NCBI RefSeq assembly: GCF_006345805.1
Contig: NC_043000.1
Location: forward strand, 52,018,001-52,082,000
Length of the DNA: 64,000 nucleotides
Source: Octopus sinensis
Taxonomy: Eukaryota
Reading direction: 5' to 3'
Below the pieces are notes generated by a model. That model was not told where the DNA came from. It saw nothing but the letters and a program-made list of their open reading frames with translations, and searched no databases. Of this stretch, positions 39,592 to 52,811 are shown piece after piece (the first letter of the stretch is position 1; the number at the start of each line of letters is the position of its first letter). The translations under genes were made by a program, and so were the position numbers.

Positions 39592-39594
<3 letters not shown>
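37914..39594 (+). mobile_element. Tc1 (DD34E) transposon, near full-length, transposase disrupted
   Basis: ~27-bp TIRs (37914-37940 / 39569-39594). ORF from 38467 with HTH, VMFTDESRF, QQDNAPSHTA, LNPIENLW and KGGATRY* (ends 39433); internal TGA at 39046 plus frameshifts. Confidence 0.95.
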
Positions 39595-39653
<59 letters not shown>

Positions 39654-40452
39654 CAAAGAGAGAGGGAGAGCGACGCATACACACATACCAAATACATACA
39701 TTCGTACTCACACACATATGTCTGTGAGTGGCAGTGCCTGTGTGTGTGTGTGTGTGTGTTTGTACCTATACTGCTTAATACCAGAATTATTGATGTGCCG
39801 TAAAATAACGGTTCGAAGATTGCACGTTAATAAATTGAGTAGGAGTCTTAAAAATCTTAAAAATTAATACGAGTGATGATATGCACAAACGAATTCATTG
39901 AAAAAAGTGCACCAGCATGGCCGCAAACCCACATCAAGTAAAAGACTACATGAATAAAAAGTATAAAAACGCCATAATTATGTAATTAATTTATATTATT
40001 ATGAAAATTGCAAAAAATTACCTTGACGTGATCCCAATCCATTATACGCAAACCATCATACGCGAAAGTTTGGTTAAAAGACGATAAATTATATCGCCTC
40101 CGGTCGGTACTATATCTTATTGACCATGGGAAGATAAAACGTAAGGTTGGTATGTTCAGAAATTGAACGTAAAGGATCGTGACTAATAACACATACTTCG
40201 ATAATCTACCGATCCTGCAGAATGACTGCCTTCTGCCTTTTATAATATGAATTCCTAATATCGGCACTGGGTTGGCAGAATCATTATCACGCCAAGCAAA
40301 ATGCTTGAGTGTATTTAGCAACAATATTTTATGCTCTGAGTTCATGTCGTGCCGAGTTCAATATCTACTTTTTATCCATTCGTAGTTGACAAAATAAAGT
40401 ACCAGTCAAGTGCTGGTGTCTGTTAAATCGAATACTGCCGACCCCCAAGTGT

Positions 40453-40745
40453 GGAGGCACGTGGCCTTGTAGCTAGAGCAACGGACTCGCGGTCGAGGGA
40501 TCACGGGTTCGAATCTCAGACCGGGCGATGTCTGTGTTTATGAGCGAAACACCTAAGCTCCACGCGGCTCCGACAGGAGATAATGGCGAACTTCTGCTGA
40601 ATCTTTCACTACAGCTTTCTCTCACTCTTTCCTCTTGCAGCTCACCTGCGACGGACCAGCGTCCCGTCCAGGTGGGGAACCTATACGCCAAGGAAACCGG
40701 GAAATCGGCGCTTATGAGCCAGGCATGGCTCGAGAAGGAAGGAAC
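40453..40745 (+). mobile_element. tRNA-derived SINE family D with V-domain-like body
   Basis: GGTTCGAATCTC B-box; CTGCGACGGACCAGCGTCCCGTCCAGG resembles the V-SINE domain. Inserted next to an old family E copy (40260-40445). Confidence 0.75.
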
Positions 40746-42868
40746 CCTCAAGTGGTGGGCTCTGTGCTTACATAAGAAATCGATGTCACTATTTAACAGA
40801 CATAAAGTCGCATATTTTAGGAGATGAGTGGCGTCGATTGATCGATTCGCATTACTTTATATTTTAACCCATGAAGTATAAGAAGCAAAATTAATCCCCG
40901 TGGGCTTTAAAGCTCTAAACTCTAAGAAGAAGACATTATTTAATTCCATAGCCCCCTAGAGAGAGAGTAGAAATATAAACGAAGACTTTTCAACCATGGC
41001 TGTTCCCACTACATTTCTGGCAGGGTGCATACAAATGTAGGTTATTTGCTATTTGTTTGTTTGCTTTATGTGAGAGCGAATAAACTGGATACTATTTATC
41101 GCAGAAAGAACAACTGCGTAGACGTCTCTTTGTTGGTTCGACAAAGACATTTTTTGTACTTCGTTTTGCCTGTTTTACCATCTAACAGCATTGGACAATT
41201 TAAAAATAATGTTAATAATTCTTTTTTATTAGCCAAGTGAAGAAAAAAGACAAGAACTAAAGTAGATCGCTTTGGTTATTAACAAGGTCAACTCGAACTT
41301 GATGTCATTTTTAGCATATGAAATCTATAATTTGCATTTTCAATAAAAAATACCTATCCCTACCAGAATAAAAGAGTACATAAAAAGGCACCTTGTGCAG
41401 CTATTATTTGAAATTAACTCGTGTTTTTCGATAAAAATATCATTATGCACATAGAGACAATTTTTTAAAGTGTTCTTTTACATCTTTCAAATATTGTGCA
41501 ATTTCAATTTTAAAGGGGAAATAAAAAAAAAAAGAAAAAACGTTATCCTTTATTATATTCGCGATCCAATCTCGAAACGATAATATGTTCGGCTTCAGTA
41601 TTGCTTTGATAGGGACATGAATGTGTGAAAGTTAAGGGGAAAAAATAAAGAGGAGGTATGGCAGAAAAATTGAATGAGATGATATTGAAAAGAAAGAGAG
41701 AAATGATCAAATACAGAGAGTGAGAGCAAGAAATGATATTAATAAAGAAGAAATTGCTATAAGGGATAGTCAAAGGACAGATTGCATGAGAAGCATAACG
41801 AGAGAGGGAGAGAGTGTGACAGAGAACCATCTTGAGAGAGTAAGAGAGAGAGTGTGTGAGAGAGAACTAAGGAGAGAAAGTGAGACACAAAGACTCGCGA
41901 ATGAGAGACAAAGAATAAAGGGAAAGAGTGAGAATGACTGAGAGAAAGAAAACGGAGAAATGTATAGTGTTTGACATACGTATTTGCATACAGACACACA
42001 CGCATATGTGTGCGTATTTGTATTGCTCAACGTTGAGTTTACAAAGAGTGAAAAAGCACTCAACGCATAAAAAGCGTGTTTGCGTTTTATTAAAGAAACC
42101 TTTATAATTCTGGCTCGATTCGAGTCTTCGATTGCTCAAACGATTGGCGCAGGGAAGTAGCATGACAATATGTGAGCAAAAATATTAGCTTACACATAAT
42201 TACTATAATTAGATTAATGCATTAGATCAATAGAGTCAAATATAGAATATACTACGTACTGGAAAATATTAATTTTTATGAACGCAAATATAGGAAACAC
42301 AATTATATGTTACATTTCTCCCCCTCTTTTACAAATCTATTAATGTTGCGAAAATTCTCCTAAACCATATAAATAAATAATTCTCAAAATTAATACACCA
42401 TAGATGCCATTAAGTATTTAAACAATAACCCTTAGGGTAATCTATAGTTCTTTTAATGTTCCGCAGTATCAGTTGTCAGTATAAACAAGGGAAAACTTCG
42501 CAGTAGGAATAATCAAAACCCTTCTCTATTTATAACAAGCCTAATATTTGCACTCCGAATCGTATATGTCTTTCTACATCAGTCGTTTCTCGAAGGCAAC
42601 CCTTCCTTGCAGAGGAAAGTGAATTAACATGCCGCATAAGGTTTAGAGTACATTTTTTTATTACTTAACCATTTATACCTGTAGTTATAATGCATTATTA
42701 TTTATACTTGTATTTTAAAGGGTAAATTTTAAAAGGGTAAAGAAAGCAATGCAAAAGTGATCCTAACTTTATCATTATTTGACAAAATCGTTCAAATTGT
42801 ATATGTTTGTAGAGGAACTAATTTTCTATATTAACTGTTCTTTATGTTCTACTTCTTGCAAGCAAATA

Positions 42869-43735
42869 ATGGATTCGAAACAGAAGCAGCACTATAATTG
42901 ATTTTTGTTTTACGAAGAAGTGGTGTAGACTGTCCGACATTCACCGATGGTTAGAAGTTGTTTACGGACGTAGCGAAAGTTTAAAGAAGGAGAAACTAAC
43001 TTTGGAGACAAAACACGAGACCCTTAACTGCGACTATTGCCACAAATTGCCAGCCAGTGAAAAGACGTTCCACAACCATGGACTATGCCGCACAACTGGG
43101 CTTTTGTCACAATGGATTTTAAAATTTATTGAAATACTTTGATTATCAAAATATGTGCGCAAATTCGAAACCTCGGTAGTTGATGCCTTATTTGAAGGGG
43201 AGAATGATGAAAGTCTGTTCTGGTCTGCAAGAAGCGTTTGAAGCCAACAAAGTTACTTTTTCTTTCCAGACCTCATAAAAAGGGTATGAAACGTCAGATG
43301 CTTTTATAATCCATATCTCTTCTCTAAGGCTTAAGGTGTACAATAACTAGCGGTTGGCACTAAAAGTTATGGTGATTGTTTCTTGAGATGACAAGAGTGC
43401 CTCTGTCTTGATTTTCTGGAAGGTGGCTTCATCCTGGACATTGAGACACTCAAAAAGCTTAAAGAGGTATTAGGAGGAAGAGATATTAATCGAAAAACGA
43501 TCCACACTCTCCATTACAATGTGGTATAGGCTGGACCTGGCACACCCCAGACTACCTCTGTTCAATCTAATGAAGGACAGTCTTCGGGGATAAAGACTTA
43601 ATTACACAGACAAGGTGAAAGTGACCATGAAGGAGTAGGTAGAACATTATACTCCTGGAACTTTTCAAGAAGACTCAAGAGTTGGGTTTAATTACGGTAT
43701 AATGCGTTACTTGTTATGAAGATTATGTTGAGTAG
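42869..43735 (+). mobile_element. Ancient near full-length mariner transposase relic
   Basis: MDSKQKQ..., DIHRWLEVVYG, KFKEGETNF, DLA..DY.LFNLMKDSLRG and EDYVE* across shifted frames. Confidence 0.75.
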
Positions 43736-44429
43736 TATCTTTGTTTAGAGGAAAAGTTACTCTGTTTACATAAGCAATTTGAACGACCTTTGTTCGTTAA
43801 TCAAAAAGTAAGTCATACTGCCTGTTGTGCGGTATAACTTTTTTAAAGCTGTTTATCATTTTAAAGAAAAAAATCAGATTTGATAAATTCATTCAAACAC
43901 CTCTATCGCTTTTTATATAAGATTATTGAACTATGAGCTGGCCAATATGTTTACTTCCTACATAAAGAATTCGTAATACCTTGAAAGATATCATATATTT
44001 CAAAAATCAATCTCTTATTCATATGAAAACTACGCCATCAAAATCATTTCTTCTGCTCATTGGTGATTTTTTTTTACAGCTGATATATTGAATAGATAAA
44101 AATATGTATTATCACCAAGTAATACATATTTTTATTCGGATTAGAAACTCTCATAGATGTTACAGATTCTTTATGAAAAATAGTGTGAGATATAGTTACA
44201 CTGACAAAAAAAACCTTGTATTTTCAATACTAGAGATGAACTGAAGATATACAGTCTAAAGCAAAATATATCTAAACCTCCATCATTGCGCACCTACAAC
44301 AACTCCTTTCTTGTTCTCTCAATGGAAAGTGGTGTGGTAAAGCATTCATATGTCGAACTAAATCGTCGTCGGCTGATGATGTAAGCAAATGCTATATCGG
44401 TCTCTCAGTACACGACTTTAAAGACCGAT

Positions 44430-44602
44430 TATGTATTTACATTGGTCGGATATGTGTCCCCATCTAGTTTGTTGTTATCACAACGTTTCGGCTAGTTTAC
44501 TCTCCAGCCTTCATCGGGTGTCCTGGTGGAATTTTGAACCCAACGCTGGGTTCTCATTCTTAAGGTATTTTTTTTAATGTTTTATTAGTATTCTTATTCT
44601 TA

Positions 44603-44637
<35 letters not shown>

Positions 44638-44713
44638 CATTTATTCAAGGCACTGCCTGGAAATGAACTCGGAATTTTGGAGTTAGTAATCCGCGCTCTT
44701 AACCATTACGCTA
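44430..44713 (-). mobile_element. tRNA-like head + (AAT)n + Penelope-type hammerhead tail (composite short element)
   Basis: Minus: TAGCGTAATGGTTAAGAGCGCGG...CCGAGTTCATTTCC head (44713-44648), (AAT)n, then CAC-CCGATGA-A-GGCTGG...CTAGCC-GAAACGTT-GTG. Confidence 0.7.
44479..44520 (-). ncRNA. Minimal type I hammerhead ribozyme motif; core U4>C, probably inactive in this copy
   Basis: Helix I CAC/GUG, core CCGAUGA, 6-bp helix II GGCUGG/CUAGCC, GAA, palindromic ACGU, predicted cleavage after U44482. Confidence 0.65.
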
Positions 44714-45048
44714 TAAACCCGTGAGCAATTACAGAGTGAATTTTAGGGCTTATAAGCCTAATATTTTTGTATCCTTCATTAATACCGGTTCCCATATTTT
44801 ACTCATATTTGCACTAGGTCTGCTTAGGAGGTTGTATCCTAGCATACGTGATTTGTCTTTTAGTTTTCATATTTTCCAGTGGTGTTCTCATTCCAATGTA
44901 AATAGTATAAATAATGTACAAAATTCCTCATCTTTAAAATATGGAACAAGTCTAAAGACCGATACTGAAAACATTGCATTCTTCTTCAGATACCTAGAAA
45001 ACTGACATACCACATCACACTCTAAATATGTATGGTACCTTCAAAACA

Positions 45049-45058
45049 ATCTATCTAT

Positions 45059-45148
<90 letters not shown>
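45049..45148. repeat. (TATC)n, left flank of E5
   Basis: Directly visible. Confidence 0.98.
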
Positions 45149-48100
45149 GGCGGACAGTTTAACATTTATTTTGCTCCCTGTCTGCCGAGGATGGGCGGTA
45201 GTGGCACCACGGTACTTTTTCACAAGAGCCTGGATCTCGAAGTCAAGACGATATTCGTAGACCCGAGGGTAGACTGGTCGTTCTGGATGTCGAACGGCAG
45301 TAATGGGTGCGCTTTTCGACTCGTATCAGTCTACGCACCGCCTTTAACAGGTCGGCCGGATTTCTTTCGACGTCTAGAAGTATTCCTGGGAACGTCTCGT
45401 CCTTTACTTTTAGTGTGGGATTGGAATGCTACCTTGGACACGCATCTAGACTATGTGGGGAGAGACAAAAACAGAAGGGGATGCAAATGCCTCAGAGACC
45501 TGCTCAGACGATTCCAACTGTCTGACAGGTACCGACTCGACCACCCAAATGCACCAACGTGACATGGAGCAACCACCGCAGTGGGTCGTCGAGATCGTAT
45601 CTAGATAGGATACTGTGTAGGACAGTAGACAAGGATAACTTAGGATGTCCACAATTCCATACAGTCAACTACACGGATCACAAATTCGTGACGTGTACGC
45701 TAGACTTAGATAAGGCACATCGACAAGGTCCTGGAAACTGAACGCATCATTCCCGTCCAGACAAGTTTCCAGAGACCGGATTAGCACACTAGTAAAGAGG
45801 GCTTTGACGGGAGCCATCATCAACAACAAATGGTGGTTTGCCCTCAAGAGAGCAGTAAAAGCAGAAGCGATTAGGTACAGCAAAGCACTAGCATATAGAT
45901 AGAAATAGAGTAGAGGGTGAGCTAGTTAAGAAGCTAGAAGAGGCAATTAGAAGCGGCATCGCATCCGACGTTTTGGCGGCGAGGTTGGCCCTCGACCAAC
46001 ACTTCAACGCCAAACACGAAGATGTGCTGTCAGAGCTAGGATGCGTGCTCTAAGGACGAGGTGTTGGAGCCGCGAGAGAGGCCCGGTGGCGGAGGCGCAA
46101 CAGGGCAACAAGCCACCATTCGGTCTCTGGTAGATGAACAAAGGCGCGAATTGCTCGAGCCCAGCAAGATGTGCGAGACATTTCAGCGGCACTTTGCCCG
46201 ACTGTACGGGACGAGTGGTGAGCGTGAACGCAAGGTGGATTTCAGTGCCTACCTGCACAGCCTACCACGACTCTCGGCAAGAGAGGCAGAGTGCTGTGAA
46301 GGTGCCATCACGGCGGCGGATGTGCAGGACGCGATGGCAGAATGCTCGAGAGGCAAATCGCCGGTTTTGGATGGTCTGCCTACGAGTTTTACAATTGTAT
46401 GCCAGACTTGTTTGGAGACGTCTTGGCAGCGGTATACTGCAACTGGCAGCAAAACGGGAGCATACCCGGTTTTGTGAGTCGAGGAGCTGTAACACTGCTG
46501 AAGAAAGATCCAAACAAGGGGAACATTATAGATAACTTTAGACCAATCACTCTGCTCAATGCAGACCAGAAAATTTTGACAAAGGTGTTAGCCAAGAGGT
46601 TGGCGCTTGTCATCGAGAAACTGGTCGACAACGCACAAACGTGCGCCGTGCCGGGCCGGAGCATCCATGACAACCTCCATCTGATGCGCTACATCATAGA
46701 CAGGGTAGTTAACGAACCTGGCATGGGTGGGGCCCTGATCAACTTGGATCAATCTAAAGCCTTCGATAGGGTAGACCATCGATACTTGGAGGCAGTCCTG
46801 AGAGCGGCTGGTTTCGGTCCCGTCTTCCGCGGCTGGATAGCTGCCTTGTACAGAGGCATCCGTTCAGTAATTCGCGTGAATGGACATCTATCGAGACCTT
46901 TCGACATTGCACGTTCGGTCCGTCAGAGATGCCCCCTCTCGGCGCTTCTATACGTATTGACTCTTGAGCCACTACTGCGGAAGCTGGCGACTCTGAGGGC
47001 ATCCGCGAGAATTGGGATGCGGGACGAGCGTGTCTGCATACGCGGACGACGTCACCGTCATAGTGTCAAGCCACGAGCACATCGAGCGGGTCGGCGAGAC
47101 ACTGAAAGACTACGAAGCGGTGACAGGAGCAAAAATCAACCGGGAAAAGTCAGTGGGCTTGCGGCTCGGCACCTGGAGAAGCAAGCTCATGCCGTCCCCC
47201 AGTACCTCCGTCGTGGGACGCTGGACTGACGGCCCGGTTGAGTTGCTCGGGGTCTGGTTCGGTCCGGACCTCCAAATGGAGAAGAACTGGAACGAGATAA
47301 CGAGTAGGGTGGTCACTCTCACCCAGCATGGGCCGAGAGGAAACTGTCCTAAAAGGTCGGGCGGAGGTGGCGAACGCGTACATCGCGTCCATCATCTACT
47401 ACCGCCTGACCGTCGTACCTTGTCCCGACCCTACCATCACCAAACTAGACCGCATCCTCTTCCGCTTCTTGTGGAAAGGATGCGTCCCGATGGTCAGGCG
47501 ATCCATTTGCTGTCAACAACCCGTTAAAAGGAGGGCTGGGCATGCCGTGGTTGATGATGCGCAGACACGCGCTGAGACTGCGACATCTCCGGCTCTATGT
47601 AGACGACGGTGAACAGTGTGGTCGCCGTTTGTGAGGCACGCATTCCCGCAACTGTCTCCATGACCGAACTGCAGTCGTGGATCAAAAAGAGGCCGAGGAA
47701 GGGCGAATGGCACCGCGAGTGTCGCGTTGCTCTCAAGCAACTCTGCCGTCCCGGGTCGACCTTGAGTGACTTCAACACAACCAAAGCATTCTATAGGGGA
47801 TTAGTGGAGGGGAGGTACGACGACGACCTCGGGGCAAACCTGGGCGTCCTGTTTCAAACGAGTTTCGCCTGTTTCAAACGAGTTTCGGCCCGGGACCTAT
47901 GGACAACTTCCAGAGATCCCTGGCCTGGCGGTGCTACCGAGAAGCGCTACCCGTTCGGGATAGCTCTATAGGCATGGCTCGAGAAACACGGGGCCGACCT
48001 GCCCGAGATGCGGGCAGAACGACGAGACCGCTCTGCACGCAATCGTGCAGTGTCCAGCAATTTCCCACCTGTGGGCTTATGTCGAACGACTGCTGTCACG

Positions 48101-48777
48101 TGTGGGACGTGTCGGTTTATCAGCCGAGTCTATCGTTAATATCGTCACGCCTCCTTCCTTCAAACGGGAAGGAAGAGCTATTTTTATCATACTTGTGGCT
48201 ATGGCGAAACAATGTATCTGGTGGACGCGCCTGAAAGGATTAGAGACAAACACTTTCCTCTCTGGTCAATCTCTCATCAACTTCTTCTTCAAGTATCACT
48301 TGAGGAGGAAAGTGAGAGTAGAGAGGCAAGTTTTGTCTAGTGAATGTTTTAAAAAAGATGGTGAATGTAGCAAGGATGGCACGTATGAATGACGAAGCCA
48401 CCTTGACTATGATTCTATGAACCATAAAAATTAATACAGAGAGTTGCTTATTTGCAAAAAAAATAAAAGAAAGAAATAAACATGTGACTTCATTGACCGA
48501 GGTTACCGTGGTCTTTTCCGTAGGCTTTTCTTTCCACGGTAAACCTCACCTGTCCTCCCCTTTACACTTCATATTGACATTTCTGTGATAACGATCCCTA
48601 TTGATCAATTTTTTTTCCTCTCCCCCTTTTTTTTTAACACCCCCTTTTTTTGTCCTCTTCTCTCCTTTTACGATCCCTTTTGATCGAACACCCCTCTTTT
48701 TTTTTACCTTCAAAAGAAAAGCTCTACCTTGTAATTTGTTCTATCTGTGTGCAGCCCTGTGTGGCTAATAAAGAAAC
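45149..48777 (+). mobile_element. Tx1/L1-clade LINE E5: 5'-truncated ORF2 (APE, RT, C-terminal Cys/His region) and 3' UTR; frameshifted
   Basis: LVSVYAP, DWN, YLDRIL (endonuclease); NFRPITLLNAD, LDQSKAFDRV, SVRQRCPLS, AYADDV (RT); LHAIVQCP; tail ...GGCTAATAAAGAAAC. Confidence 0.97.
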
Positions 48778-48778
48778 A

Positions 48779-48860
<82 letters not shown>
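48778..48860. repeat. (TATC)n, right flank of E5
   Basis: Directly visible. Confidence 0.98.
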
Positions 48861-48861
<1 letters not shown>

Positions 48862-49176
48862 GTATAATATATTTTGACCAGCTTTTAATTACAAATGTGA
48901 TTCAAAAGGAAGGTGTTTTCATGCATTGCACTTATTAAGAAATAAGTTTGTTAGTGCTACACACGCACATACACAAAACTGCAATGTATGTATGCATACC
49001 TTATATAAATATGTATGTGCTTATATATATGTATATATATATTTATATATATATATATATATATAATATATATATATAATATATATATATAATATATATA
49101 TATATATTATAATATATAATATATATATATTAATATTATATATATATATATATAATATATATATTATATATATATA

Positions 49177-49219
<43 letters not shown>

Positions 49220-49272
49220 CTATATATATATAGATGCATTTATAAATGTGTTTTTGATTTACGAATGCACAA

Positions 49273-49317
<45 letters not shown>

Positions 49318-49598
49318 ATATTGCAGCCGCACACACAAAAAAGAGAAAAATAGTTATGAAAAGAAAATCGCTGAAGTAACTATGTTCCCATTAACACGGC
49401 TGCATGAGTACTTGAGGACTTTGCAGCTCACATGGTTTTCATATTGAAGAGGAAGACTACTTTAATCTAACTAAAGTTGATCCGTGTATACAGGATGGTT
49501 CTCTTATTTTGCTTTCCTAACCAGTATATGTAAGGAAATAGACATTACAATAGCATGTTATGGGGATAATAGGAGAGAATGAGTATATGTAGGGACTC

Positions 49599-49659
<61 letters not shown>

Positions 49660-51148
49660 TTAGGAAATAATACTGTGCTATTAACGGACAAGTAAATGAT
49701 GCAAGCTCAGCTTCGGAGAAGTGGAATTTTATTTTTATTTCTTGATGGACGGATCAGAACGAAGAGGATAATAATAGTGCTAAGGAAAAGAAATCTAAGT
49801 AGAATCTGAAAGAGAATCAGTAAAAGAACTCCTGGGAATTAAAAGTTAAAAGAATATAAACCTGAAACTCTCAGATGGATGTACTTAACAAGTTAGAATA
49901 AACTGAATTGCTATGGGAGGTTAAACAGTAATTTAGATTTCAAGAAAATGGGTTTTCATTACTAAAATGAAGAAGTGGTGAGAAACAAGGGTGTAAAAAG
50001 AAGTGAGCAAGAAGAAAGTGATGACAGGCTGGCTTGTATTGTTTGCACAAAGAAAGGAATGATGGTTAGATGGAAAGTGAGGGAGACAGAAATATAGACA
50101 GACAGAGGACGAGGGAGTGAGTGAGAGAGAGCGAGAGAGAGAGAGAGAGAGAGAGGAGAAGAGGTTGGATTACAGAAGGAAAGGGAGAGAAATACTGAGC
50201 TTTACAGTTAGACAGTAAACTCGTAGAAAAAGATAAAAGTGATTTAATGGACAAAGCAATAGCCTTTTTGTGCTAAATGACTTAGAAGAGAAGGGCTGTT
50301 CGCACGTCCTTTCTCGATGTCTCCGGAGGCTGGAGAAAGGAAGGATGGCAGGCAGGTAGGAAGGAAGGAACAGAGTGTATTCCACTATAATTGCACTTAT
50401 CTACCCAAGCGCCCGGTGGTGTTAATCCTGACTACGGAGTACATCCACCACTAAAAACTGGATAAAGCTAAACTGGTTTTCTATAATAGATTTAGAGTGG
50501 TTGAATATCCAAGATGTACTGGATGTCAATGGGAAATACAGATATTACAAAAATATTATCAATTCAGGTATGGCTTATTCAAACTGTCTATCCCAGTGAG
50601 AAAAATATTGACACACAGAGAAATACATATATATAAACCCCCTGAAAGTGACACACAAAACTGAGAGGTTATCGTCTAAGCTTTCGGAGCGGCCAAATTT
50701 CTGTGCAAAAAAGTAATGTCAATAACCTGTGAAGAGTGTACTTATTATAATAGTTACTTTTGTGTCTGTTAGACCGAAGACAATAAATTTAATTGCTATG
50801 TCTCGCAGCATAGTTATCACGCAGAAGCACCTGCATTGATTCTTGCTTCTTATAATTTAATTCTTCAATGGAATTTGCAGTACATTTTATGCATCTGTAA
50901 ATAATTATGGCAAATAACTCTAATCACTTACTTTCGTGTTTCGATTCTTTGATAAAGTACTCCAGCACGACCGCAGCTACTTGGTTGAAACGAATAGCAA
51001 AAAAAAAAAAGAAGACATATAATCACATACACGTAAGTAGAAAAACCAATATAAACCGGAAATACGAACCAGGATTGGTTCCAGGTGTGGTACCCTATTT
51101 GTGTTCATCTTTACACACACACCCACACAACACACACACACACACACA

Positions 51149-51187
<39 letters not shown>

Positions 51188-51194
51188 TATATCG

Positions 51195-51241
<47 letters not shown>

Positions 51242-51369
51242 CAACACACAAACATATAATTATATATATATATATATATTATATATATATATATATCTGT
51301 GTGTGGTGTGTGTGTATATATATATGTGTGTGTGTGTGTGTACATATATATGTATATATATTTTCTTTT

Positions 51370-51940
51370 ATTATTTTATTCTTTTACTTGTTTCAGTCAT
51401 TTGACGGCGGCCATGCTGGAGCACCGTCTTAAGTCGAGCACATCGACCCCAGGACTTATTCTTTGTAAGCCTAGTACTTATTCTAACGGTCTCTGTTACC
51501 GAACCGCTAAGTTACGGGGTCGTGAACACGCCAGCATCGGTTGTCAAGCAATGGGGGGGGGGGCAAAAACAGACACACACACACACACACCATATATATA
51601 TATAATATATATACATACATACATACATATATATATATATATACATACATACACAGACACAGACAGACACACACACAGTGTATATATAATATATATATAT
51701 ATATATATAATATACATACATACATACATATATGTACATACATACACATATATGTATATATATGCATATATGGGTACAGGACGTCACAAGACGTAAACAA
51801 CATGAAACGTGAAGACAAACATGAGTATGCAAACAACCAGAGAAACAGTGGAAAACAAGACAAATAACATAAAGAACGACCCAATCATCAGTTATCAGTT
51901 GTCCATCTCCTCTTCATTTCGAATATATATATATACATAT

Positions 51941-51975
<35 letters not shown>

Positions 51976-52150
51976 GATATATATATATATCTATATATAT
52001 ACGACGGGCTTCTTTTAGCTTTCGCCTACCAAATCTAGTCACAAGGCTTTGGTAGGCCCGAGGCTATAGTAGAAGACACTTGCCCAAGTTGCCACGTAGT
52101 GGAATTGAACCTGAAACCATGTGGCTTGTAAGCAAGCGACTTACCACAAC
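51370..52150 (-). mobile_element. SINE family A copy with expanded internal microsatellite and an inserted repeat fragment (about 51770-51920)
   Basis: Tail 51370-51570, head 52000-52150; target site not interrupted (GCGACTTACCAC). Confidence 0.85.
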
Positions 52151-52154
52151 AGTT

Positions 52155-52345
52155 TATTCTTTTACTTATTTCAGTCATTTTAACTGTGATCATGCTGGAA
52201 CACTGCTTTAATCGAAGAAATCGACTCAGGACTTATTCTTTGTAAGCCTATAATTATTCTATCGGTCTCTTTTGCCGAACCGGTAAGTTTCGGGAGCTTA
52301 AACACCCAAACCTCAGTTGTCAAGCGATGGTAGGGGGGGGACAAA
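52155..52345 (-). mobile_element. SINE family A tail
   Basis: TTTTACTTATTTCAGTCATTTTAACTGTG...GTTGTCAAGCGATG. Confidence 0.85.
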
Positions 52346-52425
52346 CACAGACATAGAAATATATATATATACATACACACCCACATATACATATACATAT
52401 ACATACATACATATATATATATATA

Positions 52426-52468
<43 letters not shown>

Positions 52469-52627
52469 GTAAATTCAGAATGACGGAATGAGTACTCAAC
52501 ACTGCATTGGTGGATAAATAATTTCTTTATTTCCGAATTAAGACTACCATTGGTTTCATGTTAAGACGAAGTAGGAAAATATCCAACTATGTTAACAACT
52601 TTTCAAGCCGATCACTTCGATCACATG

Positions 52628-52669
<42 letters not shown>

Positions 52670-52672
<3 letters not shown>

Positions 52673-52811
52673 GACGGGCTTCTTTCAGTTTCAGTCTACT
52701 AAATCCACTCACAAGGCTTTGGGCGGGTCGAGGCTTAGAAGAAAACACTAATCCAAGGCGCCACGCAGTGGGACTGAACTCGTAAGCATGTGGTTGGGAA
52801 GCAAACTTCTT
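52670..52811 (-). mobile_element. SINE family A head/body, interrupted by E4
   Basis: ACGACGGGCTTCTTTCAG...GTGGTTGGGAAGCAAACTTCTT, then a LINE 3' end. Confidence 0.9.

Noticed and set aside
41600-41960. Charged ORFs in purine-rich sequence
   Set aside because: GA-rich low-complexity DNA.
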